Below, one piece after another: positions 19,176 through 28,002 of a stretch of DNA of 64,000 bases (within the stretch, counting starts at the first letter, position 1; the number at the start of each line of letters is the position of its first letter). Made by a program: the position numbers and the translations under genes. The DNA comes from an uncultured Rickettsiales bacterium. Its GTDB lineage: Bacteria; Pseudomonadota; Alphaproteobacteria; Rs-D84. The notes beneath the pieces were generated by a model. It saw only the letters and a list, made by a program, of their open reading frames with translations, searched no databases and was not told where the DNA came from. The stretch is taken from contig URSG01000001.1 of assembly GCA_900550565.1 (NCBI GenBank), positions 14,456-78,455 on the forward strand. The letters are read 5' to 3'.

Positions 19176-20024
19176 TTAAAGGTTAAAATCTGTATTTGCC
19201 GCGTATGTGCGGACGCTGCGCCCCGTGGGGCGAATTGGTGTTGGCGCAATACTGATTGCACCTGCAACTGCGTCCAGGCCGTCGTCGTGTCCGGCACTGC
19301 CGATTGGCGACCAGCCCAACATTTCTGCAACAAATGGTGTTTGGGTTATTCTGTGGTGCGCATACATACGCCCCGCCCCCAGAAATGGTTCTATTGCGTC
19401 CAAGATTCGGTCAACCTTGGGCCGATTATTGGTAATACGCATAATTGTAATTGGCGCGCCGACGCGACTGGCCGCGTCACGCATTATTTCAGGCAACGCA
19501 TTTCCGATTCCGTTTGTTTCAATCGTTATGCGACGCATATTGTGACGCGCCATAAATTCCAGCACACAATCGCACTGGCGTGCCAATGGGTGCGTGTCGT
19601 TGTCTGATACCGTCATATATAAAATATCGTGGACAAACACACACCGCGACGCGTCATCACGATACAGAACAACGCACACACTGCCGTCGCGACCGCGGCG
19701 TCCCGTTGACGGGTCCCAATACACCGCCGCGCCTGTGATTTTATGTTCGCCTATTTGCCCACTGCGCGCGTCAAATTCTGCGTCATATAATTGTACACCC
19801 CCTGGGTCCAGTCGCGCGCGTTCTGTGGAAACAGGTTCCAGCATCATTTGCGACGCAAAGTGCCGATTTCCAACCGCATTGCGCAAATCATCAATACGTG
19901 ACGGCGAAAATAATTCCGGCCACGCAGACGCACCTGTGTCGTCAACAATCGGAATTTTCAGCATTTTATATCCATGCAAAAAAGGCGTTGAAAACGTAAT
20001 TTTTTTAGATACTATATTGGACAT
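19176..20024 (-). CDS. Large terminase, C-terminal nuclease half (separate ORF)
   Basis: RNase-H-like nuclease motifs VYWDPSTGRRGRDGS, ITIETNGIG and GHDDGLDAV. Start set at ATG 20024 (MSNIVSKK) with AGGGG 8 nt upstream. The track ORF extends to 20099 with no support. Confidence 0.7.
   Translation of the reverse strand: MSNIVSKKITFSTPFLHGYKMLKIPIVDDTGASAWPELFSPSRIDDLRNAVGNRHFASQMMLEPVSTERARLDPGGVQLYDAEFDARSGQIGEHKITGAAVYWDPSTGRRGRDGSVCVVLYRDDASRCVFVHDILYMTVSDNDTHPLARQCDCVLEFMARHNMRRITIETNGIGNALPEIMRDAASRVGAPITIMRITNNRPKVDRILDAIEPFLGAGRMYAHHRITQTPFVAEMLGWSPIGSAGHDDGLDAVAGAISIAPTPIRPTGRSVRTYAANTDFNL
19988..20016 (+). promoter_or_regulatory. Candidate promoter giving a leaderless dnaB mRNA
   Basis: TTGAAA - 17 nt - ACTATA, with ATG 20023 only 6 nt downstream. 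No SD before dnaB. Confidence 0.35.
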
Positions 20025-21582
20025 GAACTTTACCCCTGGCGTTTTACCACATAATTTAGAGGCCGAACAGGCCGTCCTGGCTGCGGTATTGATGAACAAC
20101 CGTGCATTGGAACGCGTTTCTGAATTTCTGAAACCAGAAGATTTTTCGCACCCTGCGCACCAGGAAATATATAAATTGGCCGAACGTCAATTTGCGGCCG
20201 GTATTCCGTTTGATATTATTACGGCGAAAAATTACCTGGAACAACAGGGCGTACTGGAATCTGTTGGTGGCGTTGATTATTTGACCCAGTTGGCCGGGGC
20301 CGGCGCGACGGTTGTCAACGTTGAACAATATGCACGCATCGTCCACGAAACCGCACTGCGTCGCGAACTAATCCAGTTGGGCCAATCAATCACAGAAAAG
20401 GCTTTTGTTGAAGACCTGGATTCCCCTGTTTCTGCCCAGATAGAAATTGCCGAACAACAATTATTTAATCTGGCGTCTGTGGGCGAAACCCGACGCGAGG
20501 TGACGCCAATCGCAACCGCATTGGCCGGCGCATTAAAAGAGGCCGAGATTGCATACAAGGCCGACGGTAAATTGTCTGGTCTGACCACGGGGCTGAACGC
20601 GCTGGATAAATCCATCAGCGGTCTGCACCACAGTGATTTGATTATTATCGCAGGTCGTCCGGCGATGGGTAAAACAACGCTGGCAATGAACATTGCATTT
20701 AATGCCGCGAACGCAATTTTATCGGGTCGCGCAAACGAACAATACAAAGGCGCGGTCGTATTTTTCAGCCTGGAAATGTCCCAGGAACAGTTGGCGACAC
20801 GTGTATTATCATCTCAGTCCAAGATTTCGGCCACGTCTATGCGCGAAGGGTCATTTTCTGACGAAGAATTTTTAAAGATGTCACAATACGCATCGGCCAT
20901 CAGTCGCGTGCCACTGTTTATTGATGACACGCCTGGTATGTCGGTGCCAATGATGCGCACACGCGCACGTCGTCTGGCACGTAAAAGTGGCGGAATCGCA
21001 TTGATTGTGGTTGACTATCTGCAACTGATGACTGCGCCGGGTGGTCGCAAAAGCGATAATCGCGTCCAGGAAATTTCTGAAATCACACGTGGTCTGAAAA
21101 TGCTGGCCAAGGAATTAAATGTGCCGGTCATCGCCCTGTCCCAGTTATCGCGCAGTGTTGAAAATCGTGACGACAAACGACCCCAGTTGGCAGACTTGCG
21201 TGAATCTGGTTCTATTGAACAGGACGCGGACATTGTTATGTTCACATACCGCGAAGAATATTATCTGGACAACCGCGATCCGTCCCAACGCATTTCTGGC
21301 AACACCAACGAAAAGATTCAAGAAACGTATCAAAAACGTCTGGAACGCGCCCGGGGCAAGGCTGACATTATCATCGGCAAAAACCGTCACGGTCGCCCTG
21401 AAACGGTTCGGACTGCGTTTTTCGGCGATTACAGTTTGTTTGACAATCTGGACGAAATGGACGCGCGTGGCGAAAATGATTTTGCCCAAACACCGAAATC
21501 CCAGCCAAATCCTGATGTTGACAACGCAGGCGCATTTGAACAAATTGACGCATCGGCAATACCTGACGATATGGACTTATAA
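20023..21582 (+). CDS. dnaB: Replicative DNA helicase DnaB
   Basis: LPHNLEAEQAVLAAVL N-terminal motif, Walker A GRPAMGKTT, Walker B IVVDYLQLM, SQLSR, ESGSIEQDAD. The track ORF start 19594 is an antisense run-on over the terminase nuclease half. Confidence 0.92.
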   Translation: MNFTPGVLPHNLEAEQAVLAAVLMNNRALERVSEFLKPEDFSHPAHQEIYKLAERQFAAGIPFDIITAKNYLEQQGVLESVGGVDYLTQLAGAGATVVNVEQYARIVHETALRRELIQLGQSITEKAFVEDLDSPVSAQIEIAEQQLFNLASVGETRREVTPIATALAGALKEAEIAYKADGKLSGLTTGLNALDKSISGLHHSDLIIIAGRPAMGKTTLAMNIAFNAANAILSGRANEQYKGAVVFFSLEMSQEQLATRVLSSQSKISATSMREGSFSDEEFLKMSQYASAISRVPLFIDDTPGMSVPMMRTRARRLARKSGGIALIVVDYLQLMTAPGGRKSDNRVQEISEITRGLKMLAKELNVPVIALSQLSRSVENRDDKRPQLADLRESGSIEQDADIVMFTYREEYYLDNRDPSQRISGNTNEKIQETYQKRLERARGKADIIIGKNRHGRPETVRTAFFGDYSLFDNLDEMDARGENDFAQTPKSQPNPDVDNAGAFEQIDASAIPDDMDL

Positions 21583-21609
21583 TTATTTTACTTGCGGCGC
21601 GCGCAAAAA

Positions 21610-21628
21610 TTGACTAATATTTTGTCAA
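21610..21628. promoter_or_regulatory. Palindromic operator-like site overlapping a -35 element upstream of the tandem-HTH regulator
   Basis: TTGAC-TAATATTTT-GTCAA inverted repeat. The left arm is a TTGACT -35-like hexamer. Confidence 0.4.
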
Positions 21629-21655
21629 GAAATACCCAAGTGCAGGAGTTTTGCC

Positions 21656-22663
21656 ATGGCCCAAGAAGAAATCATTTTTCCAAATAATATCCGTAATATC
21701 CGTCTGAGTGCCGGAATGAAAATGACCGAACTGGCACGCCAGTCGCACCTGTCCCTGTCGGCTGTATCCAAAATTGAAAAGGGTGTGCGCCGTCTGAACC
21801 AGAAACAGTTGCTGAACATTTGCAATATTTTGGGTTGCAAATTATCTGATATTTTCATCAAAGAAGATGACGCCGTCGCTGACCAGTGGCAAAGTGAAAT
21901 CAAACGTCGTCTGAACGACAACGAAGACAGCGGCCTGAAAATATTCGGCAGTGGCCTGCGCAAGATTCGCCAACAAACCGGCAAAACCATCGCCCAGGCG
22001 GCCCAAGATGCCGGTATGACCCTGTCTGTCTATCACAAGATAGAGGTTGGACAACGCGAAATTTACCAAAATGAAATTGAACCATTGGCCAAATCCTTTG
22101 CGATGAGTGCCGAAAAATTATTTGATAAAATCGCCACATTGTATAAATCAGGCGAATTAAACAAACAAATAAACAAGGTCAAAGAACGCGTAAAATCCGT
22201 TCTGATTCCTGACAACCCGGCATCTGGGATTGATATGCACGGCGGACTGTATGGCGCAAAATTATATGACAGTGCGCGCAAAAAACTGGTTCCTGTGTTT
22301 GGCACACCGTCCGGCAAATCAATTATGTTCAAGAAATCTGATGAAACAATGATTGTTGCCCCAATGCCCCTAGAAGGACGCAGCGGAATATACGCCGTTA
22401 TGCCAAATTCAAAACGTATGGCCGGTTTTATCCCTGAACATTCGTATGTATTTGCCGACGCAACCCAGACACCGGCCGTTGGTGATTTGGCGGTTTGCAT
22501 TGACAGTGATTTTTCATCTTTGTCATCTGATGCGGTCGCAACCGCCCAGATTGTCAGTGTCCGCCAGGATTCCCGTGGCAAGGTGTATGGCCAAATTTCA
22601 TCACCTGATGAAAAAATCATCGGCAAAACTATGCACAAGGTCATTATGATTGTTATGGAATAA
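21656..22663 (+). CDS. Tandem-HTH (2x XRE-type) regulator with a LexA/CI-like C-terminal beta domain
   Basis: Two Cro/C1-type HTH repeats (IRNIRLSAGMKMTELARQSHLSLSAVSKIEKG; LRKIRQQTGKTIAQAAQDAGMTLSVYHKIEVG). The C-terminus aligns loosely to the S24 fold; Ser is possibly kept (NSKRM) but the expected Lys position reads Arg. Confidence 0.6.
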   Translation: MAQEEIIFPNNIRNIRLSAGMKMTELARQSHLSLSAVSKIEKGVRRLNQKQLLNICNILGCKLSDIFIKEDDAVADQWQSEIKRRLNDNEDSGLKIFGSGLRKIRQQTGKTIAQAAQDAGMTLSVYHKIEVGQREIYQNEIEPLAKSFAMSAEKLFDKIATLYKSGELNKQINKVKERVKSVLIPDNPASGIDMHGGLYGAKLYDSARKKLVPVFGTPSGKSIMFKKSDETMIVAPMPLEGRSGIYAVMPNSKRMAGFIPEHSYVFADATQTPAVGDLAVCIDSDFSSLSSDAVATAQIVSVRQDSRGKVYGQISSPDEKIIGKTMHKVIMIVME

Positions 22664-22686
22664 TCACCCAGCAAGAGAGAGAGAAT

Positions 22687-23367
22687 ATGAAAGCCAAAGC
22701 CAGCATAACCGCACAAAAGTTATTAAACCTGTATCGCCAAGAACATGTTATAATTGGCGGTTGGGCATCTGTAAACCCTGTCTTTGTAGCCGAAGCCGAC
22801 GATGACGTTATCCGCGAACTGCGCGCATTGCCAACGGGCAAAATGCTGATTCAGCACATTGAAAATCTGCGCAGTGGCCGCACCCAAATGGATACCATTG
22901 AACGCGGATTATTACCATACGGCGGACAAATGACCGAAACGGTTGTCACGGTGCCACTGACCCAGGACGAATGGCGCGAACTGGAAAATGGTATCAATTC
23001 GTTTGTGCCTGATGAAAATGGCCTGAAACAAATCCAGCAATTGGACGTTATACGCAAATTTGGCGACGAATGGCCGGTGGCAATTCATTCGGCACTTGCC
23101 CAGAAACCCGAACTGTCATCAAAATGGACCGTCATTACCAAAACATATCGCGCGTATTATCTGTGGCACGTTGCAACAGATATGCTGAACGAACCACTGT
23201 CTGAACGTGCGCGCGCGCAATTACAGGCCGATATGCCAGAATACGAAACGTATCTGCCGATGTTTGGCGACGCAGGCGACGCATTGCTGCACAAACTGCG
23301 CGCATTTATCAGCACACGCAACCCGATTGATACCGATAACGCGCCAAACGCACCGACGTCTATTTAA
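22687..23367 (+). CDS. Hypothetical 226-aa protein
   Basis: Good ORF 23 nt after the regulator. No motif recognised. Its stop overlaps the stop of the terminase ATPase half (TTAA). Confidence 0.5.
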   Translation: MKAKASITAQKLLNLYRQEHVIIGGWASVNPVFVAEADDDVIRELRALPTGKMLIQHIENLRSGRTQMDTIERGLLPYGGQMTETVVTVPLTQDEWRELENGINSFVPDENGLKQIQQLDVIRKFGDEWPVAIHSALAQKPELSSKWTVITKTYRAYYLWHVATDMLNEPLSERARAQLQADMPEYETYLPMFGDAGDALLHKLRAFISTRNPIDTDNAPNAPTSI

Positions 23368-23990
23368 TCGTCGTCTGTGCGGTAAATCGTGTCTGGGGTA
23401 TGTGGTGTGCCGATATAAATCATTGTGCCACCGGGCGACAATATAAAATCCAATTCACGCAACCGTTCACGCAACTTTTCACGTTTATCTGGGGTATTGC
23501 TGGTATTTGGAACCTCTACGTCATCACAGATAATTAAATCTGCGCGCGCACCGGTGATATTACCGGCAACCCCGGCGCATACAACCGACGGTTCGCGCAC
23601 GCCGATGGGACGATTTATCGTTATTCGGTCATTTGACCACGTTCGTCGCCCCGTCGGAATCATATCTGCACAGCGCGGATGATTTTCCAGAATATTACGA
23701 ATATGCCCAACCATCCGCGATGACAATGTGCTTTCTGCGGATAAAATCAGAATACGCGATTCTGGGCGCAGCCCCAGGACGCACGCAGCAAAAATTCCAA
23801 CGACGGTAGATTTGCCAGAATGCCGAAATGCCATCAACAAACCGCGATTTGGTGGCGACGTCCAAACGTCAACCAAGAATTTCATTATGCGCCGATGATG
23901 TTCAGGCGTCGTCATTCCCAGCAATGCGTTCCACTCGTCCATAAAATCCAGAAACGCCGTTGTCATCGCATTTTCAATTTGGTGTGACAT
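23364..23990 (-). CDS. Large terminase, N-terminal ATPase half (separate ORF)
   Basis: Walker A AFRHSGKST, Walker B ADLIICDDVE, motif III IYIGTPHT. Ends with a genuine TAA after ...IYRTDDD. Confidence 0.75.
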   Translation of the reverse strand: MSHQIENAMTTAFLDFMDEWNALLGMTTPEHHRRIMKFLVDVWTSPPNRGLLMAFRHSGKSTVVGIFAACVLGLRPESRILILSAESTLSSRMVGHIRNILENHPRCADMIPTGRRTWSNDRITINRPIGVREPSVVCAGVAGNITGARADLIICDDVEVPNTSNTPDKREKLRERLRELDFILSPGGTMIYIGTPHTPDTIYRTDDD

Positions 23991-24005
23991 CGCCCCACCC
24001 TTTTG

Positions 24006-24353
24006 CTATGCGACCAGACTGTCAAATTTATCCATCAGTTTTTTCAGTAAATTTGGTCTGGTTGTTTTTACCTGGCGCAATTTTTCCAATGACTTGCGTC
24101 GTTTTTCATCGTATGGCGCAGACGTTTCAGATTGCAGGCGACGCAACACGGCATCTTCGGTCATACCGCGATTTGACATTCCCGACGCGCCATATTTTGC
24201 GCGCTGGGCCGCCAGTGCTTTTTTCACCAGATTCGTTTTTGTTTTTTCATCTGCGGCCATATCCGCCAAGATTTTTTTGCGTGCAGTGCTGGCATCGCTT
24301 TTGCTTTTTTTATAGTCCAAGACATCTTGAACATCAGAAACCAGTTGTCCCAT
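24006..24353 (-). CDS. Highly charged 115-aa protein, unknown (TerS or internal-protein position)
   Basis: Lys/Glu/Ala-rich, directly upstream of the terminase ATPase half. No motif recognised. Confidence 0.4.
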   Translation of the reverse strand: MGQLVSDVQDVLDYKKSKSDASTARKKILADMAADEKTKTNLVKKALAAQRAKYGASGMSNRGMTEDAVLRRLQSETSAPYDEKRRKSLEKLRQVKTTRPNLLKKLMDKFDSLVA

Positions 24354-24376
24354 TTTTATCCCCTTTGCTTGATTTG

Positions 24377-26104
24377 TTAAACGGTATAGAACCCATACAT
24401 CGTGACAGACATCACTGTGATATTGGACGCATCACACGATGTGATTTGCCACGGCCACGAAACGCACTGGCGCGTCCACCCCAATGTGTTGATTGAAACA
24501 TCACCTGTGAACCCAGGATTTGTTTCTGTGTAAATTTCATCGGGCAATTTTGCACAAACGTTGTTTATCGTGATTGATTTTGTATCACTGACACGTGCAG
24601 TAATTTTGCGAATACGCGCATGCGACGCGTTATGCCCACTGCCCCGTAATGGAATCCCAGCGGCAGCGACGGCAAATTTATAATCTGGCGCATCACACAG
24701 TGCGCTGTGCGAAAACTGTTCCAGGTAATATTTATCATCGCGCGCAACAACAACAAATGTTTTGTCCGCAGATACCGCAACAGATTTGAATTCGCCATTT
24801 GTTTTATACTGTGACCACGCCGAAATCCCCAACGCCGTATTTTTATTCAGAACCGCCATATTGCCCGACGACATAACAACAAACAACTGGCGATTGGTGC
24901 TGTTATACGCAATATCCACCGGCGTCTGCATCAAATGCTTGGCATACGCGCACAGGTCGGTTGCGTTATAATGTTCGCCCAACTCGTCCAGGCTCAGTTC
25001 ACGAATATCACGCATAGACGCGGCAACGAATACGGTCGCCCCTTCTATCTTTTGCGGTGGCAGATAACGCGACGACACACTGCCCACAGACGTGTGCTGT
25101 TTTATATCCACCGACGACGGGGTCAGTGGTTTATTCGCGATTGCCCATTCGCCAACCGTTGTCAAAATTTGCAGATTATCCGCACTGACAACCGTGCAAA
25201 TCTGTTGTCGCTGGGCCGACAGCAATGTGATAAATATCGCCTGGTCGTCCAGCCCGGTTCCAACGTCAAAGTTATTGTGGCGACCGACCTGGGACAGCCA
25301 TACCCCAGCAGGATAATCGCGCGCGCCACCAAAAACCAATCTGTCTTGGTGAAATGTGATACTGACCGGCCACCCACGACGCGCACTGAACGCGGCCTGA
25401 CGCCAATCTGTCACCGGGCCAGACGGCAACGAAAACGTCCCGTTCGTATGGGCGGTTGCGCACTTTGTGTTGGTGACCGATGTTATTGTCCACTGGCGAT
25501 TTAATACAAAGAACCGTCCGCCAATATCATCAGACGTCCAAAATGCCCGGTTCGTTGTAAATGTCGCATAGTTGTTGCCAGCGCTGTTTGCCGTGACACT
25601 TATTTCAATGCCGTCCGTATCATCAAATTTCACAAACGGAATATTTACAGACAAATCAGAATCGTTGCGCGAAAAGTTAAATAACGACAACGTAAATCCG
25701 TCTGCGTTTTTCTGTAATACACGCGGCTGGAAATCAGGGTGTACAAAAATCATCGTTCCAAAACGCTGGGCGTATTGCAGCGACGCAATCGCGTCTGTCG
25801 GCCACGGCGACGCAATATCTTGGATTTGTGTTGCGCCGGCAAAGACCAAGATATGCTCGTCTGTGATTGCCAACAAGTATTCTTGATTTGGCCCCACAGA
25901 AAACGGCACCAAACGCACAGACGCGTCCAGTTCGGCAATTTCTGTCAGGCCTGCGCGACGCGTTATTCCGCCCCCAGACATAACGTCCATATTCACCAGT
26001 TGCCCCAGTCCATTTAAATTATCGTGCGCATAGAATTCGCGCGAAATTTCGCCGTCTGCAAAAGAATTTTGGGTGTTTATAAAATTTGCCATTTTGTTCC
26101 CCAC
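24377..26104 (-). CDS. Large tail protein, tail-tubular-B/nozzle-like
   Basis: 575-aa beta-rich protein immediately after the adaptor-like gene. Its N-terminal pattern (N..F..GE.S......N......N.......GG..RR.G) is typical of podovirus nozzle proteins. Confidence 0.45.
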   Translation of the reverse strand: MGNKMANFINTQNSFADGEISREFYAHDNLNGLGQLVNMDVMSGGGITRRAGLTEIAELDASVRLVPFSVGPNQEYLLAITDEHILVFAGATQIQDIASPWPTDAIASLQYAQRFGTMIFVHPDFQPRVLQKNADGFTLSLFNFSRNDSDLSVNIPFVKFDDTDGIEISVTANSAGNNYATFTTNRAFWTSDDIGGRFFVLNRQWTITSVTNTKCATAHTNGTFSLPSGPVTDWRQAAFSARRGWPVSITFHQDRLVFGGARDYPAGVWLSQVGRHNNFDVGTGLDDQAIFITLLSAQRQQICTVVSADNLQILTTVGEWAIANKPLTPSSVDIKQHTSVGSVSSRYLPPQKIEGATVFVAASMRDIRELSLDELGEHYNATDLCAYAKHLMQTPVDIAYNSTNRQLFVVMSSGNMAVLNKNTALGISAWSQYKTNGEFKSVAVSADKTFVVVARDDKYYLEQFSHSALCDAPDYKFAVAAAGIPLRGSGHNASHARIRKITARVSDTKSITINNVCAKLPDEIYTETNPGFTGDVSINTLGWTRQCVSWPWQITSCDASNITVMSVTMYGFYTV

Positions 26105-26110
26105 AGTTTG

Positions 26111-26629
26111 CTAAAATCGTGAATTTATCAGTGAAAAGTTTTCAATCTTTGACGGCGATGACGTTGTGCCATCAATAAATTTTGCCGTCTGTAATTCTGT
26201 TTCGTATAACGCTGCCAACATTCTGAACATCGCCTGGTCACCGGTCAGTGGCACACTGAATTCCATCGCCAGTTTTGTTGCCGCCACAGACACAAAATAC
26301 CCAGGAAATTCGTCTGGGGCAATACGCGCCACCCCAATCACAGAAACAGTATCCGTTGGTGCAATAATTTTGTTTCCGATAACATTACCCACAGATTTAA
26401 TCACACGCAGACATTCGGTTGGCAATACAAAATCCCCATCAGAATTTCTGACTAAATCAAACCGGCGACACGCAAATCGCCACGGATGAACCGCAATCAA
26501 CGCATCTATGACTGGGTCAAACAGCGTGCGCCCCAGTTGTGCCGCCGCACTGTCGTCCATCAATGACTGAATTGGTTGTTCGCCCAGTTTTAACAACGCC
26601 ATTGAACATAAATCTATTTTGGTTAACAT
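26111..26629 (-). CDS. Tail tubular protein A / adaptor-like protein
   Basis: The N-terminus CSMALLKLGEQPIQSLMDDS...HPWRFA matches the AL..LGe.PI.SLdd......W.F pattern of podovirus gp11-like adaptors (from memory). Confidence 0.5.
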   Translation of the reverse strand: MLTKIDLCSMALLKLGEQPIQSLMDDSAAAQLGRTLFDPVIDALIAVHPWRFACRRFDLVRNSDGDFVLPTECLRVIKSVGNVIGNKIIAPTDTVSVIGVARIAPDEFPGYFVSVAATKLAMEFSVPLTGDQAMFRMLAALYETELQTAKFIDGTTSSPSKIENFSLINSRF

Positions 26630-26650
26630 TTCCGTTTTTCCTTGTGTCTA

Positions 26651-26681
26651 AAAAAATTATGGGGCGTTTTTATGCGCCCCA
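26651..26681 (-). terminator. Intrinsic terminator inside the late-gene string (after the capsid and 76-aa genes)
   Basis: On the minus strand: GGGGCG-loop-CGCCCC hairpin followed by AUAAUUUUUU. Confidence 0.6.
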
Positions 26682-26699
26682 ATTTATAAATCAGTAAAA

Positions 26700-26930
26700 T
26701 TATCCCAACGCTGCCGTTGTGACTGTGCCAGACGCCACACTTATCGTCTTGATTGACGTTTTGTCTGACGCATTGATGATAACAATGTCGCCAGTATTCA
26801 TCAGTGTGTTCACAGCATTAAAATAACCACTGGCGGTGATTGTTGCCAATGTCACATTTTCTGCATAGTGCCACAGCGTAAAGCCATTTGCGTATGCAAT
26901 CACAGATAAATTTTTATTCTGAAAAGCCAT
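26700..26930 (-). CDS. 76-aa protein after the capsid gene (decoration/accessory head protein position)
   Basis: Co-oriented, 22 nt after the capsid gene. No motif recognised. Confidence 0.4.
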   Translation of the reverse strand: MAFQNKNLSVIAYANGFTLWHYAENVTLATITASGYFNAVNTLMNTGDIVIINASDKTSIKTISVASGTVTTAALG

Positions 26931-26952
26931 CTATTTTTCCTTTGGTTATTTT

Positions 26953-27786
26953 TTATTCTGCGTCGGTGTCTTTGCATTTGATACGAACGATACCGTCGCC
27001 ATCAATCAGAACTGCGCCCTGGGACATACTGTTGCTGATAAAGTGCGCTGCACGTTCACCGTGCCACGAAATATCCGTTTTAACTTCCTGGCCACAGGCG
27101 TGTCCGACACTGGACGCGTGATAAATAAAGCAATCACGTTTTGTCGCGTCAGACAACGGCAACGCGTTATACAGCACCCATGTAATTCCCAACCATTTCT
27201 TGGACGCGCCCCCAGAAATCAACGGCAAATCATTATTGCCGACATAATCTGCGGAAACGAATTCTGTGATTTTCAATAATTCGTTCCACTGATGCACGCC
27301 AACAACGGCAAAGCGACGACCATCGTCTGGAATATCTTTGCTGTTCAATGTTTCAACCGCTGACAAAATCAAATCCTTGCTCAGACCGGCCGAATAATCA
27401 CCCACAGATGCACTGGCACCGTTCATCGCATTTACAATCAGTTCGTCGGTTTTTCGGCCCAACGCATACGCGCCTGCACTGGCCACAACACGGCGTTCAT
27501 CAATATTGGTTTTCAATTCGTCCAACGCATCAACCCAATCACCGGCATAGTAATCTTGCAGAACGCATTCAACCGGTTCGTGATTCAGATTCATAACTGG
27601 CACAATGCCGTGACGTGATTTTGTCGCCGCAGTGCCACGTCCAACCTTTTGGAACGTTGTTGATGCACCGACAACACCTGATTTACTGCGCACAGTTCCG
27701 CGCAATTTTGTGCCCATTTGCTGATATGCCAAATGGACATCTGCTTCAAATTGTTTTACAAAAACTTGGTCTATGGAAACAGACAT
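26953..27786 (-). CDS. Major capsid protein
   Basis: 277 aa, between the scaffold and adaptor genes. N-terminal pattern FVKQFEADVHLAYQQMGTKLRGTV...STTFQKVG typical of small podovirus/HK97-fold coat proteins. AAGGGGAAAAA SD. Confidence 0.7.
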   Translation of the reverse strand: MSVSIDQVFVKQFEADVHLAYQQMGTKLRGTVRSKSGVVGASTTFQKVGRGTAATKSRHGIVPVMNLNHEPVECVLQDYYAGDWVDALDELKTNIDERRVVASAGAYALGRKTDELIVNAMNGASASVGDYSAGLSKDLILSAVETLNSKDIPDDGRRFAVVGVHQWNELLKITEFVSADYVGNNDLPLISGGASKKWLGITWVLYNALPLSDATKRDCFIYHASSVGHACGQEVKTDISWHGERAAHFISNSMSQGAVLIDGDGIVRIKCKDTDAE

Positions 27787-27963
27787 TATTTTTCCCCTTG
27801 GTTAAAATTTCTTGGTTATGGCGCAATAAATTGCGTCAAAAAATTTCATCACACGGTTATGCGCCGACGCGCGCCGCAATGAAATACAAAACCGGGTTCC
27901 AATAAATTCGGAATTATCCGTAAAAAAAAATTTCAGTCGCACCGATAAGATACGACTGATACT

Positions 27964-27996
27964 TTTTTCAAATACAAACCCCACCAAACGGTGGGG
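27964..27996 (-). terminator. Intrinsic terminator after the H1-like gene
   Basis: On the minus strand: CCCCACC-GTTT-GGTGGGG followed by UUUGUAUUU. Confidence 0.65.
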
Positions 27997-28002
27997 AAAA
28001 TA

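Noticed and set aside
19594-20022. 143-codon N-terminal extension of dnaB given by the ORF track.
   Set aside because: It runs antisense through the terminase nuclease ORF, which has conserved catalytic motifs. DnaB similarity begins at LPHNLEAEQAVL, just after ATG 20023.
19990-23370. Intein or self-splicing intron as the explanation for the split terminase.
   Set aside because: The intervening genes are on the opposite strand and have their own starts, stops and promoter-like sites. The ATPase half ends in a real stop. No Hint or homing-endonuclease motifs were seen.
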